The notes below the pieces were generated by a model that was not told where the DNA came from, did not search any database, and worked only from the letters and a program-made list of their open reading frames with translations. From Bugula neritina (taxonomy: Eukaryota > Animalia > Bryozoa): a stretch of 64,000 nt of DNA. Both the position numbers and the translations under genes were made by a program. Of this stretch, positions 1 through 14,400 are shown in pieces (the first letter of the stretch is position 1; each line of letters starts with the position of its first letter). The stretch is taken from contig OZ037769.1 in assembly GCA_964035545.1 (NCBI GenBank), positions 9,009,929-9,073,928 of the forward strand. Reading direction: 5' to 3'.

Positions 1-2650
1 ATCAATAGTGGTAAAATATTCTAAACTATCAAATTCTATTAAATTAGAACGTGATTGGACTTGGGAATAATAGAATATATAGTGCTGACTGTTGCTTTGC
101 TTTAAATGCTTACTTCAAACACCTTAGTAATAACAGGAAGAAACATTATTTAATAAATAGTTATGTTTTATAAAATTTATTGAAATTGAAAAAGTTAATT
201 GTACACTTGGAAATACAATAAATGAAGTAAAAGGAAAATGTGTCAAGTTACACAACATAAAATGACAAAAAATTTGTCAAGAGAAGTGGTTAAATTTGTA
301 AAATGAAAAAATTTGCACAAAAATTTAAAAAGCTAGTATTATTGTTATAAATAGATAAGTTTATATACCATATTGGTAAGTTGGATATTAAAGTTTCTGA
401 AGATATTGGTCCAAGAAATCTGCAACTCTATTACATTCATCTTCATCCTCATTGAAAGCTTGAGGGAACTCAGTAAAGCTAACAGAACTAGGCAAGAGAA
501 CATTGTTGATCACACTTTCACTGTCTATACTATTTTCTAACTCCTGTATGATATAATAGTAATATTCCTCTTGGGCATTATCAATACAACTCTGTTCACC
601 AAAATAATCAGTAAAGTTCTGTTCTTCAAGATAGTTGATAAAGTTCTCTATTTCAGAGCTAATCTCATTGTTATATTCCATCTGACCATTCTCTTCAGAA
701 CCTTCACCTTGATCTTCATTGACTTCACTTTGATTATCAATACCTTGTGGTTCATCATCATCTAGTGATTCGGAGGATGAGAGCACATGGGTGCACAACC
801 CTTCTTCTGGATGCATTTTTAAATATTGATTTCGGAATTTGGATTTAGGCAGCAGTTTTATGTTGTCTATTGTTTTACAAATTGCCAACCGTTTTCTTAA
901 ACTTCTGTCCTTTTTCTTCAGCACTTTCAAATTCTCTTTTCCAAGTTTTACCAACTGTTTTCTTTTCTTTGAAATCCTCTGGTCAATGCAAGCACATGCA
1001 TTGCTACCATCTGCGCAACTTCTTCTAACAATAACCCTCATAGTAGTGTCTGAAGTAAGATGAATTACAATAATGTATTTGATAGTTGCAGAAACTCTGA
1101 CAACGTTTTATGCTGAACAAGAAGTAAGTTGAGTAAATTGTATTGTATGCTACTCCTGTCAAGAATTATTTAAAACAGTCAAAGAGGATCTGTTCTCTAC
1201 CATATTACCCCTGGCTAATTAAATCCAGATTTTGCTTTCTTATTTTCTTCAGAATATAATGTACATTAGATTGAAAATAAAACTTTTATGTAATAAAAAA
1301 CTCACACTTTACTTATAAAACCAAAAATTTCATCATAATAACTTGAGCAATATCATACAAAGATGTGCTAAACTTAAATAATTGCATTTCTTGTAAGAGT
1401 TTTAAAAGCTAAATATTTGTTATATCACACATACCTGTACAAGAATGATAATTGTAGTTTCAGTCAGAAATCTTAATCAAATGAGTTTCTTCAACCAAGT
1501 GAGACTGAGAAATCTAAAAGTTGAAGCTTCTTGTTAAAACTGAGAATACAATTTACTTCTAACAGAGCAAAATGTAGAATGATTCAACATGAACTGCTGG
1601 AACAGCTATAGGTATTTATATTGAGTAATTCCAAAGCTATCCTATTGTGTGAGAGCTGTGGTAGCCAAAGAAATTGTATATTTAACCCGTCTTAAAGCTT
1701 AATAATTGCTGTATAGCGTTCTAAGATATGTTATTAACAATAATTGTCATGCTCAGAAGTAATAAGGTGAGAGATAGATGAGCTTAAATTTAATATTCTG
1801 TAAAAACTGTATAAGTATTTAATTGTAAAAATTTAAGAAAATCTTATATTATAGTAGTACATTGCTCTATCTGATTGTTACAAATACTAAAAATATACTA
1901 TTGAATATTAAATTACATGTAATTAGTAGTTTAAACATATAATATGTTTTTAATATGATTAGTCATTTTTGGAATCCATAAAAATAGTTGATTTCACAAA
2001 TACCAGAATTGAAAGATTTTCACATCAGCAATATGCTTGAATTTGGAATTGAACCTCAATAACTGTCGTCATAAAACAGCTCATATTAATACTGAAGGTA
2101 AAAGAATATTATATCATTGTGATTTAACCAGTTGCAGAATTTATATGCAAAATTTAAATATCTTCAAAAACTCATGATTTAAGAAGAAACAATAATTTTA
2201 GAGAAACTAAAATAGCAAAGACTGAAGTTGAAAAGATACATGCTTTAGTTGTTTACAATATAAAGCTTTTAGTGTTGATTTCATGCGTGCAAAATGCATG
2301 ATAGCAAATAATAGATTTTGTAATTTTCACAGACATTATTAAATAATGACTTGTAATTGTTTTGCAAACTAACATAACGATTTGCATAATTAGTAGATTT
2401 ATATGAATAGCTGTAAGCTTCTGTTTGAATACTATCATTTCTTCCTATTGCTTATTTGTTTTCTGCTTTGTTGTTTATTATATATGAAACAAGTCTCTTT
2501 TACAAAAATGTCTTGTCTTGCAGTAATATTACTTTTTTGATAAATAATAAATTTATTGGATTGAGGATGTATCAGCTGCATGCCATGTATGACAAATAGA
2601 GTAGCATCCATAAATAACAACTTGCACTGTTGTGTTTATCTATTTTAATT
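1..2650. repeat. Left arm of large inverted duplication (partner about 4980-8154)
   Basis: 1-2000 is the reverse complement of about 6070-8154, and 2010-2650 of about 4980-5620 (e.g. gtagcatccataaataacaa at 2601 vs ttgttatttatggatgctac at 5015). The arm runs off the window start. Confidence 0.9.
388..1041 (-). CDS. SERTA-domain-like protein, 217 aa, single coding exon, acidic C-terminus
   Basis: RKQLVKLGKENLKVLKKKDRSLRKRLAICKTIDNIK resembles the SERTA helix pair. It is followed by a D/E-rich region and a terminal FLDQYLQKL motif like the SERTAD LDxxxxxL tail. Two paralogues lie nearby. Confidence 0.6.
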   Translation of the reverse strand: MRVIVRRSCADGSNACACIDQRISKKRKQLVKLGKENLKVLKKKDRSLRKRLAICKTIDNIKLLPKSKFRNQYLKMHPEEGLCTHVLSSSESLDDDEPQGIDNQSEVNEDQGEGSEENGQMEYNNEISSEIENFINYLEEQNFTDYFGEQSCIDNAQEEYYYYIIQELENSIDSESVINNVLLPSSVSFTEFPQAFNEDEDECNRVADFLDQYLQKL

Positions 2651-3070
2651 GTACTGATTACTATCAACCTCCAATCTCATACATTATGAGTCTAAATAAT
2701 TATACTCTTTTCTACTAAAAAATATGAAATTATGCTTTGCCGGTTTCTGTGTGCAAGAAAGAAAGATTGGCTAACTCTTACAAATAAGTTTATTCTCAAA
2801 ATGAACAGATTGAGTCATCTGTTAAATTACAATTTATATTTTTCAACCTATTATTGTAAATGACTACAACTCTACAGCCATATACCAGTTGCATAATATA
2901 TGAACAAAAGCTTCTCAAAACATAGCATAGAAACACAAGACTAGGAAAATACAGATGAATACATTTAGAAAGAAATGGAAAGAAAATTTGCAATGTAAAC
3001 TTCAGTTACATGCCAACGTTGTGGACAGTTGAATCTACCGTATCTGCATATATCAGTTCAGGTTGATAGC

Positions 3071-3610
3071 TCACAGAGTAATTAAATAATCTAACATAGA
3101 AAGTATGGCTTCATCATTTTCAGCTTCATCCTCTACTGGTGTATGAGTTGTCTCCACAACACTGGGTGTGTCTTGGAACACCGTATCCATGGTGACATCA
3201 CTAACATCATTGGTATTCTCTTCTGTGTTAGGTTGGTTATTGTAGTCATAACTCTCAAGATTGTCACTTTCCTCAGCTTTATTTCCACTTTGACCTTGCC
3301 TTCTAACCCCATCATTTCGGCCATTTTGTACTCTAATTTCTTCACCATTGTATGAAGAATTCGAAGGAAATGCATGAGAACACAATCCTTCTTCTGGACA
3401 CATTTTTAAAAACTGCTTTCTAAATCGAGATTTGGACAAGAAGTGAATTCTGCAGAGAGTGTTACGAAGAATCAATTGCTTCTGCAAGTTTTGATCTTTG
3501 GCATTGAGCTCTTTTAGATTTTCCTTTCCTAGTTCGAACCACTGCTTTCGTCTTTTCTCTATCTTTCTCTTGATGCAGTTTTCTCTATTTCTTCTAATTC
3601 TAACCCTCAT
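3071..3610 (-). CDS. Divergent SERTA-domain-like paralogue (start probably MRVRIRR at 3610)
   Basis: RKQWFELGKENLKELNAKDQNLQKQLILRNTLCRIH fits the SERTA pattern best of the three. It shares KSxFRxQxLKMxPEEGLCxH with 388-1041, has an acidic tail and ends MLDYLITL. Confidence 0.6.
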   Translation of the reverse strand: MRVRIRRNRENCIKRKIEKRRKQWFELGKENLKELNAKDQNLQKQLILRNTLCRIHFLSKSRFRKQFLKMCPEEGLCSHAFPSNSSYNGEEIRVQNGRNDGVRRQGQSGNKAEESDNLESYDYNNQPNTEENTNDVSDVTMDTVFQDTPSVVETTHTPVEDEAENDEAILSMLDYLITL

Positions 3611-4979
3611 TTTTGTGTCTATAAAATAATTATGCAATTTTTAATTTCAAGAAGGTTTATTGCTACAGTTTGACATTCTTGAAAAATGGGAATATTCCCA
3701 GAACAAAATAAAATAACTTTATGAAAAAAAATACCATTTGCACTGTTTTGTTAATAGTTTATTTAGAAAAAATTCATCATTTTATGTATATGGAAAGTTT
3801 AACAACAAACCTAATTTTAAAATCAATGAAACTCAAAAAAAAATAAATGCAAACCACTTTCAAAGCCAGTGCCTTGAATGCTTTTATTTCAATACTTTAT
3901 TGGTTTATTTAGCATTCTTACCTTGTCAGTAACAGTCACTGTATCCAATCAGGTATAATATTTTAGATTCAAATTGAGTCCTTTTTACCAACTCTGACTG
4001 AGTATGTTCTGTATAGAGTGAAAGCACAACCTGCCTCTACCACAATGCAAATGCAAGTGATGATGGTAGTAAAGCTCCTACAACCTTTTGGTTTATCAGT
4101 TGAAGCTGAGTTCAAGCTTTTCTATTGTGTTTACTTAAATAGCTATATTCATAAAATAGCTTTTTTTATCTTGTAATCTTTCATTTTAATTGTTATAAAA
4201 AGCTAATTGAATTCCATTTTCTCCAAGCAATAATGGTAATTCTGTTTCAACTAGCTTTCCTTAATTGATCACAAACAATACTGTAATATGACATTTTCAA
4301 ATAATCCATTTTCATCTAAGTTTTAGTACGCCACATTATATATTATTTTTATAGCCTGTCATACCTTACTTTAAACTTAGTTACATTATATACGTGTAAT
4401 ACAATAGTCTACATATAAACACCATATATTTGACTTTGCTGCGTTTAATAAAATTGAAAGCAGGTGCTTTATTTAAATAAATTTAAGAAGCTTCAACGTT
4501 GGTAAACAAATAGCACTACTATAATGTCTAAACTAAAAAATCCAGGTGATCTAAAACGTATTTGTTTGAAAACTTACAGATTTTCAAAAGAGTAAAATAC
4601 TATTTCAAATTGGAAATAATTATTTGCTCTGCCTAAAAAAGTTTAGCTGGTGCTATATTGCTTATGAACACACTTGCAAGACCTTCATTGGCTTTCATAC
4701 TACTTTATACAATATAATTGGATTAAAAATTTCTCAAATTATTTTTAAGACATGGTAATCTCATTTGTGCAAAAAAACTCAGAATCTAATATTTCCCACG
4801 GTTATGTTGTAAATGAATGACCAGACCGCTACTTTAAATAAAGTGAATAATTGTGGTAGCATGCAGTTATGTTTTCTAAAATACATTACAATTGATTGCT
4901 GATTGCACAGATTTAAATACAATAAATGAAGTAAAAAGAAAGATGTGTGATGGGGTATCATGCAGTAGGCCCTACCACT

Positions 4980-7900
4980 AAAATAGATAATAGATAAACA
5001 CAAAACAGTGCAGGTTGTTATTTATGGATGCTACTCTGTTTGTCACACATGGCATGCAGCTGATACATCCTCAATCCAATAAATTTTATATTTATGAAAA
5101 AGTAATATTACTGCAAGACAAGACATTTTTGTAAAAGTAAACTTGTTTTATATACTGTATAATAAATAACAAAGCATAAAACAAATAAACAAAAAGAAGA
5201 AATAAGAATATTCACTCAAATGTTTACAGCTATTCATGTAACTCTACTAGCTATATTGCAGATCATTATGTTAGTTTGCAAAAAATTACAATGCTCATTG
5301 AAATGTGGTATTCAAGTATGAGATAATTGCAGAATAATTTATTTGCCACCATTTTCACACATAAAATCAACACTAAAAGCTTTATATTGTGAACAACTGA
5401 AGAATGTATCTTTTCAACTTTAGTCTTTGCTATTTTAGTCTTTCTGAAATTGTTGTTTCTTCTTAGTTAAGTTTTTGAAGATATTTAAATTTTTCAGATG
5501 AATTCTGCAACTAGTTGAATCGCAATAATAAAACATTTTTTCACCATCAGTTTTGATATGAGCCGTTTTTATGTTCAATTCCAAAGTCAAGCATATTGTT
5601 GACGAGGAAATGTTTCATCTCTTTTTGAAGGTGTCATTCCAAATAGACTCCTCCCTGTTAAAAAATATTTGTTTAATTTGGAACAATATATATTTCGTTT
5701 GAAATTTATGTGAATATTATTGAACTATATACATGTATATTTACATAAACTTGGATTAATTGTTTGTTATTTAGCGCATAAATAAATTTCTGCATTAACT
5801 TATTAATTTTACATTTTCTATACTGCTTGTTCTTTGGAAAGACATTCGTTAATAAGTTTCTATTAAAGGTATAAATGTCTATTATTAAATTTATTGTTTT
5901 ACTTTTTTGTCCCATGCAAATCTGTGAAAATTGAAATATTATTCCAGATAATTCATATTAGCTATTATTTGATATTTAGTAATTAATATATGTAGGTATA
6001 TTATTATATATATATACCAAAATACAAAACAGCGTCTAAATGAGAACTGCAGCCTATATCTGGGATGAAACCCTTTTGGAGTCAATTACTTTTTCTAGAT
6101 TCCGAAAGGATGAATCATGTTGAAAATTTATTGTATGTTTAAACATCTAATTACATCTAATTTAATATTCAGTAGGCCTAATATATATTTTTAGGATTTG
6201 TAACAATCAGATAGAGCAGAATATTGTACTAGAGTGTGTACACTACTATAATATAAGATTTTCTTAGATTTTTACAATTAAATACTTTTGCAGTAATTAC
6301 AGAATATTAAATTTAAGCTCATTTATCTCTCACCTTATTACTTCTGAGCATGGAAATTATTGTTAGTAACATATCTTAGAACTCTATACAGCAATTATTA
6401 AGCTTTAAGACGGGTTAAATATACAATTTCTTTGGCTACCAGAAAGCTCTCACACAATAGGAAAGCTATAGAATTATTCAATATAATTACCTATAGCTGT
6501 TCCAGCAGTTCATGTCAAGTCATTCTACATTTAGCTCTGTTAGAAGTAAGTTGTATTCTCAGTTTCAACAAGAAGCTTCAACTTTTAGATTTCTCAGTCT
6601 CACTTGGTTGAAGAAACTCATTCGATTAAGATTTCTGACTGAAACTACAATTACTATTTCTGTTCAGGTATATGTGTGATATAACAAATATTTAGCTTTT
6701 AAAACTCTTACAAGAAATGCAATTATTTAGGTTAAGCAGTTATTATGATAAAATCTTTAGTTTAAGCAAAATGTGAGTTTGTAATTACATAAAAGTTTTA
6801 TTTTCAATTTAATTTACATTATATTTCGAAGAAAATAAGAAAGCAAAATCTGGATTTAATTAGTCAGGGTAATATGGTAGAGAACATATCCTCTTTGACT
6901 GTTTTAAATAACTCTTGATAAGAGTAGCATACAATACTACTTACTTCTTGTTCAGCATAAAACATTGTCAGAGTTTCTGCAACTATCAAATACATTATTG
7001 TAATTCTTCTTACTTCAGACACCACTATGAGGGTTATTATTAGAAGAAGTTGGGCAGATGGTAGCAGTGCGTGTGCTTGCATTGACCAGAGGATTGCAGA
7101 GAAAAGAAAACAGTTGGTAAAACTTGGAAAAGAGAATTTGAAAGTGCTGAAGAAAAAGGACAGAAGTTTAGGAAAACGGTTGGCAATTTGTGAAACAATA
7201 AACAACATAAAACTGCTGCCTAAATCCAAATTTCGAAATCAATATTTAAAAATGCACCCAGAAGAAGGGTTGTGCACCCATGTGCTCCCATCTTCCGAAT
7301 CAATTGATAACAATGAATCACAGGGTATTGATGATGAAGGTGAAGTGAATGAAGATCAAGGTGAAGGTTCTGAAGAGAATGGTCAGATGGAATATAACAG
7401 TGAGATTAGCTCTGAAATAGAGAGCTTTATTAACTATCTTGAAGAACAGAACTTTACTGATTATTTTGGTGAACAGAGTTGTATTGATAATGCCCAAGAA
7501 GAATATTACTATAATATCATACAGGAGTTGGAAAATAGTATAGACAGTGAAAGTGTGATCAACAATGTTCTCTTGCCTAGTTCTGTTAGCTTCACTGAGT
7601 TCCCTTAAGATTTCAATGAGAATGAAGATGAATGTAACAGAGCTGCAGATGTCTTGGACCAATATCTTCAGAAACTTTAATATCTAACTTACTAATATAT
7701 AAACTTATCTATTTATAACACGAATACTAGCTTTTTAAATTTCTGTGTAAATTTTTTCATTTTACAAATTTAACCACTTCTCTTGACAAATTTTTTTGTC
7801 TCTCTATGTTGTGTAACTTGACACATTATCCTTTTACTTCATTTATTGTATTTCCAAGTGTACAATTAATTCTTTCAATTTTAATAAAATTTAGAAAAAA

Positions 7901-8154
7901 TGTCTATAAAATAAATAATATTTCTTCTTGTTATTACTGCTATGTTTGAAGTAAGCATTTGAAGCAAAGCAACAACCAGCACTATATTACTCTGTTATCT
8001 CCAGATTTAATCACAATCTAACTTAATTTATGTATTACCAGTCACTAAAGAATAAAAGAAACGCAAAACACTGATTAAGTTGATTTATAGTAGTTCAAAA
8101 TACATTTAATGTAGAATAGAATTTGATATTTTAGAATATTTCACTGCAATTGAT
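4980..8154. repeat. Right arm of large inverted duplication, with about 450 bp extra sequence at 5620-6070
   Basis: Reverse-complement match to 1-2650. Confidence 0.9.
7027..7680 (+). pseudogene. SERTA-like inverted duplicate truncated by CAA>TAA at 7606-7608 (ancestral stop at 7678-7680)
   Basis: Near-identical to 388-1041. The homologous C-terminal codons (DFNENEDECNRAADVLDQYLQKL) continue in frame after the premature stop. Confidence 0.7.
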
Positions 8155-11100
8155 AATGTCAAGAACTAATTATTAGTTTTGTAATTTTGTGAACAATGAT
8201 TAAATTATTAAATGACCAAGTCACAGGTTTTTAAAATTGTATTTCTTTTTAAATATTATTGGGCAAAATAATAACAATATGTGCAAGTAACTAGCAATAA
8301 GTTAACTGATATATGTATCTAATTATATAAGTTTTTTATAATAAACCAAAATTCAAACACTTGAAGTATTGCAGTAACCTAATATCAAATGTTTACCAGC
8401 TAAAAAATTTACTATATCTAAATTATATTAAATTAAAATATAATATGTTATATTTCCATGTAAACTGCCATTTTATTCTCATATAACACACTCTATAGCC
8501 TGTGCTCCATCTAGTTTGATTTGCAAGAGTAGAAAATAAAAAAGTTAATGATTATCTTTTTCCAGCTAATTGGTCTTTCCACTTTCGTCTCCCTGAGTAT
8601 CCAGTCTATCTGTAAACATAACGGTACTTAATAAGCAGATGTATTATTTTAGTATATATTTCATTACAAAACAAAATTTAACACACATACAATTAATGCA
8701 AGTAATTAAGTTATAGTATGACTACTATAGTATAACTACTATGCAATATGATTGTGTGACTTTAACTGTTAGCATACAAACATATTTACTTACAAAAAAC
8801 TGCCTTGCAGTCACTGAAAATATGCCATCAATTTGAAAATTGGTACCGAGCATATCTTTCTCAAAGTTAATGTTTCTAGACTGTTGTATTTCATAACTCT
8901 GTCTTGCAAACTATTTTCTGTTTATTGGTAGATTAATGCAAATATTACTGATTATACTTCTCACACATGAAACTCTTGACTGTTCATTTTCGTCATTTAC
9001 TGCGGAATTGAAACTTGTCTTATTACCTTGACTATTAGATTGAGCTTCTCTTTCACATTGTACTTTATTGAGCTTTGGATGAAATTGAGGTCAAGTCTTT
9101 CATATACACCGCTGAGTTCGTCAGTTTGAACGGAACTCACAGGATATCATCCACTTTAGATATCCATATGGTATACTGAAAAATTAATCATGAATTATAT
9201 TGTAATTCTTGCTCTGTAATCTATGAACTACTAATTTATTCTTACAAAATATGGTTTCAAATCTTGCAACCTGAAAATATTAAATCATGTATTGTTCCTA
9301 TCTCTAGGCAGCTAACCAACCTAGGAGTGGTATTGTGACAGTACACAGTGTACTCACCAAATATGTGTGTATCCTGTTTTATACTTTATATAATGTTATA
9401 CAAAGTTGTGCTGAAGTTTTTCATACATAATATGTATGAAACACTTCAGTACAACTATGTGTGACATTATATAAATCTGTCTAGTTTGCTGAGATAAAAA
9501 GGCTCGTTGCTTAGGCTTGAAAAATGTAAACAAATAATCCATAAATTATTCCTGACTTGCTTACTTTAAAATTGAATTGACTGTCTTAAAAACGCCAAGG
9601 TTTTTGAATATCAATATCTGAAGTTCTATTTGCACTAGAGACTTCAAATAAATTGCAAAATGATTGCAAGGATATGATGCTCTGTAACTCCGTACTAATA
9701 ACTCAGTTTTAAAAATCTGACATACGTTCCCTGTTTTGTGGTGGGTGGTCACATATTTAACTTTAGAGTAACTCTCTCTTTTTTTCCTTAATTATAGACT
9801 TTGTCTGATTCCTCTTTCATTCACTGAAAATGAAAACAAAAATAATGATTTATAATTATGGTACTGCAATTTCTAAGTTGCTCTGATTTTTGTACAAAGA
9901 CCTACTCTAAAGAATTTAACGGTTACTGCCTAAAACTTCCAACTCATAAATACCTTGTTTTCTATAAAAAGGCATATGATATATCTATCTAAGAGTAGTA
10001 CTAGTAATATACATTATTACACACAGTTTACTTACCTATGAGTAGTATTACACTATTAGTACACAGCCATTACAAACACAAGTCAATTTAATTGGCAGCA
10101 AAGAAAAAAAATATAAAAACTTCCATAATTTTGCAAATTTATGTAATCAACTTTGTTGTAGCAAATTTGTTCAACACAAACTTTTTTGACTGGCAATTAC
10201 GAGTAAAATCTGAATACGTTGTGTCAGCATCATGTTATCAATGATTGTCTTGCTTAATGTAATGATATTCTTTAACATTTACTGCAGATATATTTTACAT
10301 CATGTTTTATTTTATAGTGTATTGTTCAACACAGTGCTATTTAGTGGAACTATACAAATGTTTAATTCAAGAGAAGACAACTCTAGTTTCCTTTCAAACT
10401 AATAACTGCTCATGCAAAATACAGAAAAAAATAGTTTACAGAGTTAAATATATCGGCCTAATACAATACAGTAAAACATATTATATGCATATGATATGCA
10501 GATATATTATACTGTCATGCAGGCAATATTCAAATATAAAACAGAAAAAAGAAAGTCATCTGGTGGTTTTTTTTCAAAAATATATGTTTATGTTATGTAC
10601 TGATATCAAAAGTCCAGCTTTTGATATTCAAGCATAAATCAGTTTATTCTGATGTCTGGAATACTATAAATAATTGTATACAATAATAATGCATATTCAG
10701 TATTCCATTAACATCTCCTTTGCATTTATTTGACAATACTCAACAACAACAAAAAACAAACTAAAAACTGATGTGATTAGCAATATGATATTGTAGTTCA
10801 ATGTCTTGAGTCATAAGTAGTATAATAGTTTAGTGTAGTTCATATTGCTCATATTTAGCTAGAGTTTTTGTTTGCTTTGACTGTTGCAATTCAACTGCAG
10901 CCGGTTCAGCGGTTGTATTACTTTCTGTAGGAATTGATGCTATAACAATATCTGATTGAACTAGTTTCTCTTGAACAGGATGACTGGCTACTGGGTCATT
11001 GGTGCCTGTTGGTCTATTGATTGTAGCCATTGGCTGACTAGCTTCCACATCACTCAAAGGGTGCAACTCTACTCTGTATCTTTTTTGAGACTAAGAAGGA

Positions 11101-11199
11101 TTAGTCCGAGAGCTGCTCTACCACTCTTCCCTGCTACCATTTGTTTTTCTGTGACACAAAGTCTCTCAGAAGCACTGGCGAGCCAATAGTCAATTTTTT

Positions 11200-11645
11200 T
11201 AGATCTTCAGCTGATCTATTGTAGCTCTTCTGTGTAATTTTTCTTTGCTGTAGAACACTGTTTTCTGGAGTGACTGACACCTGTAGGAAGAATAGATCTT
11301 GTAGAATGCCACAACATCCTCCGAAATGGTGATGATATCATCTCTAAAGTTAGGGTATTTCTGTACTCTAGCAAAGCCAAATAGAAGTAATCTGCTTCTT
11401 TCATCAGCTTTTTGATTATCTCAAGACAGTGCCATTGCCATTAGACTGTTGATGTCCAAAAGATGAGGTTGTATGTCTAATACCCCATTTCGTGCTAAAT
11501 CGAGCACATTCAGCTGAGGTGACTTGTGGTCCACTCTCTGACTGAGGCTAGTGAGGAATCCCTGTATGAGTAGTACAACTTCAATTCTTCTGAAAATTGA
11601 CTCAGTTTTTGAGGCCATTCTGAAGTTATCAGATATTGCGGCTGT
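11200..11645 (-). mobile_element. Decayed Ty3/Gypsy (K02A2.6-like) integrase relic
   Basis: Frameshifted fragments EWPQKLSQFSEELKLYYSYRD, EWGIRHTTSSFGHQQSNG and YLALLEYRNT..SSP.R....TRSILP are typical of this pol family. Confidence 0.65.
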
Positions 11646-11647
11646 AT

Positions 11648-11845
11648 CATGATATAATATGATATAATATAATATGATATAATATAATACAATATAATAT
11701 AATATAATATAATATAATATGATATAATATAATACAATATAATATAATATAATATAATATGGTATTATAGGATATAATGCAATATAATATGGTATAATAG
11801 GATATAATATGATATAATGTAATATGATATGATATAATATGATAT
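11648..11845. repeat. (ATATA/ATGAT)n pentanucleotide microsatellite
   Basis: Direct reading. Confidence 0.95.
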
Positions 11846-11969
11846 AGTACGATACATAGGCATATCACAGAAAGACGGCTACATCTACCCCTGGCTAGAC
11901 AGGTTTCTCTCATGCTCTCACTCTAAATTCAATAAGCTTGGTCAGGACAGCTATGGGAGCCTGTTCAGG

Positions 11970-12105
11970 TATGTCTGTATGTCTTTCTGTCTGTTTCTCT
12001 GTCAGTTTGTCTCTATGTGTATGTTTTTCTGTTTGTCTGCCTCTTTGTCTGTGTGTCTCTCTGCATTGTCTGGGTGTGTGTGTCTGTGTGTGTGTCTGTT
12101 TGTCC
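11970..12105. repeat. (TC/TG)-rich microsatellite
   Basis: Direct reading. Confidence 0.85.
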
Positions 12106-13214
12106 GCTAAATCGTGTTTTGAAAGTCTTATGGAAATAAGTTAAAAGTTTGAAGATACTGCAAGTTTGCAGGTTGCTTTTATAATGTAATTGCGTTGACG
12201 TTGACACGTGACCTTGGCACCACCCGGTGACCTTTATAGCCATTCATCTGCAGGTACAACACCGACACACAGTACTTGCTAGACTGGAATATAGACAGGT
12301 GTTTCAGGGGATCCATACAGGTGGTTGATGGCTGTTTCACTATTCTAGTTAGATTCTTCACCAGCAGGTAAGGAGGACTGGTCGCGGGTAATCTAGGAGA
12401 TTATAGTTCTGAGACTACATGCAGCGTGTTATATAGGTTATGGCATTAGAGTAGTGACTCCATTATACTCAGCTTGTCAATGATTTGTTCAACTAGTCTC
12501 CATTCAGGATTCTTACAACATGGCCTGTGATAAAAGGTAATAACTTGTCAGGAGTTGTCTTTCTTACAGGGAATACCCGTGTGACTCAGTAGCCATGTTG
12601 AACTTGGCTCTCCCCTACTGTGGATGTCCCAGAGTTCACACCAGAGAAATATATGTCCTCCCAGCTTCTCCTCACTCTGTGTATGAGGTTACTTCTCATA
12701 GACAACGAACTGTTCACCAGCACCTCTGCACAGGTAGCCTCATGCAGTATTTCATAGTGTAACTTCAGTACTCTGTAGTGTAGCCTCAGTACTCTATAGC
12801 CTCAGTACTCTGTAGTGTAGCCTCAGTACTCTGTAGCCTCAGTAATTGTGCCAGGAAGAAAATCCTGGCTGTTTGCCAAAATTTGAAGGAAAGATATGTT
12901 AGCTTTTTGCAGCTTGTTTAGCTATTTGTTAGCTTTTTGTTATGTTATTTTTGAATGTATTATAAGTGTTAGTAGTTCACTTGCCAGGAAGACGCTATAA
13001 AGAGCTGATGTTTGTAAGTAGAATTATAATCTTGAAGTTTTATGCTTTTGTTGAAGTTATAAATTGAAGGTTACTTATGTATGTATTTTTGTGCAGGATG
13101 TAGCTATTTTTTGATATTCTGATAGAGTACAAGACAAAGAGTGAAAAATAAATTCGAAGATTAAGAAATCTTTGCTCCATGCTTGTTGCTAGCCAACTCG
13201 ATAAGTCATTTCTG

Positions 13215-13465
13215 GCACAGTACTCTATAGCCTCAGTACTCTGTAGTGTAGCCTTAGTATTCCGTAGTGTAGCCACAGTACTCTGTAGTGTAGCCACAGT
13301 ACTCTGTAGTGTAACCTCAGTACTCTGTAGTGTAGCCTTAGTATTCCGTAGTGTAGCCACAGTACTCTGTAGTGTAACCTCAGTACTCTGTAGTGTAGCC
13401 TTAGTACTCTGTAGTGTAGCCTCAGTACTCTGTAATGTAGCTTTAGTACTCTGTAGTGTAGCCTT
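13215..13465. repeat. 21-bp minisatellite CAGTACTCTGTAGTGTAGCCT, about 12 copies; shorter array at 12755-12845
   Basis: Direct reading. It explains the repetitive ORFs at 13040-13507, 13179-13481 and 13225-13473. Confidence 0.95.
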
Positions 13466-14149
13466 AATATCATTAGTGTAACCTTCGTATCCTAAAGTGT
13501 GTGACATGTAATATAGGGTGAAGGTGTGCGCGTCCCTTACTATACACTCTCTACTCTCCAGTTACAGCAACAGATCCGACAGAACCGGTCCCCAAAAGAT
13601 GTCCTCGTTACTGCCCATTCCCGGACTCAGCTCTACCTCTCTGAACACCTCTCTACCGTCAACCCTGAACTCACCATACAAATCTTCTCTGGTAGGTTCT
13701 AACTCTATACAGTACATATATTATTATTGTATTGTATCACATATGCACCAACAAACTGATTATTTTTTATAGTCCTTTGGTTGTTTCAACTTATTAAAAC
13801 TTGCGAAGGTTTTGTATCTGAGTGAAATAGGAAGTGGTGTAATACCAGAATCAAACTAACTGTGTGTCAGCGTATAGATACTGCCGTCTTCTCTATTTGT
13901 CACAACGTGCTGTCGTACCTGTCTCCGTGGCTACTCAACGTCCAACTTGTCAACTCGCAGATCTCCGACAGCTCCTTCCTTCCTCCCACCTCTGGCAGCG
14001 ACATTCTACCTTTTACAGACAAAAGTTCCGGCACTCAAATGTCAAGTTCAATGCTGACAGGAAGAGGGTGGGGCTCTCTGCAGTCCAACAAGATAGTGCT
14101 GACTAATCTGATGTATGTCTCTGTTAGAGTGAGGGCTGCCAGTGAGTGC

Positions 14150-14400
14150 TGTCATATATGTATAGTACTAGAAAGCATATTAGCTGATACATCGTATAGG
14201 TATAGCAATATGAAGTGTATTAGCTGATACATCATATATGTATAGTGATATAAAGCATATTAGCTGATATATCATAAAGGTATGGTAATATAAAGCATAT
14301 TAGCTGATATATCATAAATGTATAGCAATATAAAGTGTATTAGCTGGCATATCATATATGTTTAGTAATATAAAGCAACTTAACTGACATATTATATACA
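14150..14400. repeat. 40-bp degenerate tandem repeat (TAGCTGATACATCATATATGTATAG...), about 6 copies
   Basis: tagctg recurs at 14181, 14221, 14261, 14301 and 14341. Confidence 0.9.

Noticed and set aside
8560-9830. Exon-like blocks on the minus strand
   Set aside because: Splice-like signals are present, but the frames I read contain stops and no recognisable domain.
13040-13507. 155-aa ATLQSTK heptad ORF as a coiled-coil or antifreeze protein
   Set aside because: Product of a 21-bp minisatellite that is open in several frames on both strands.
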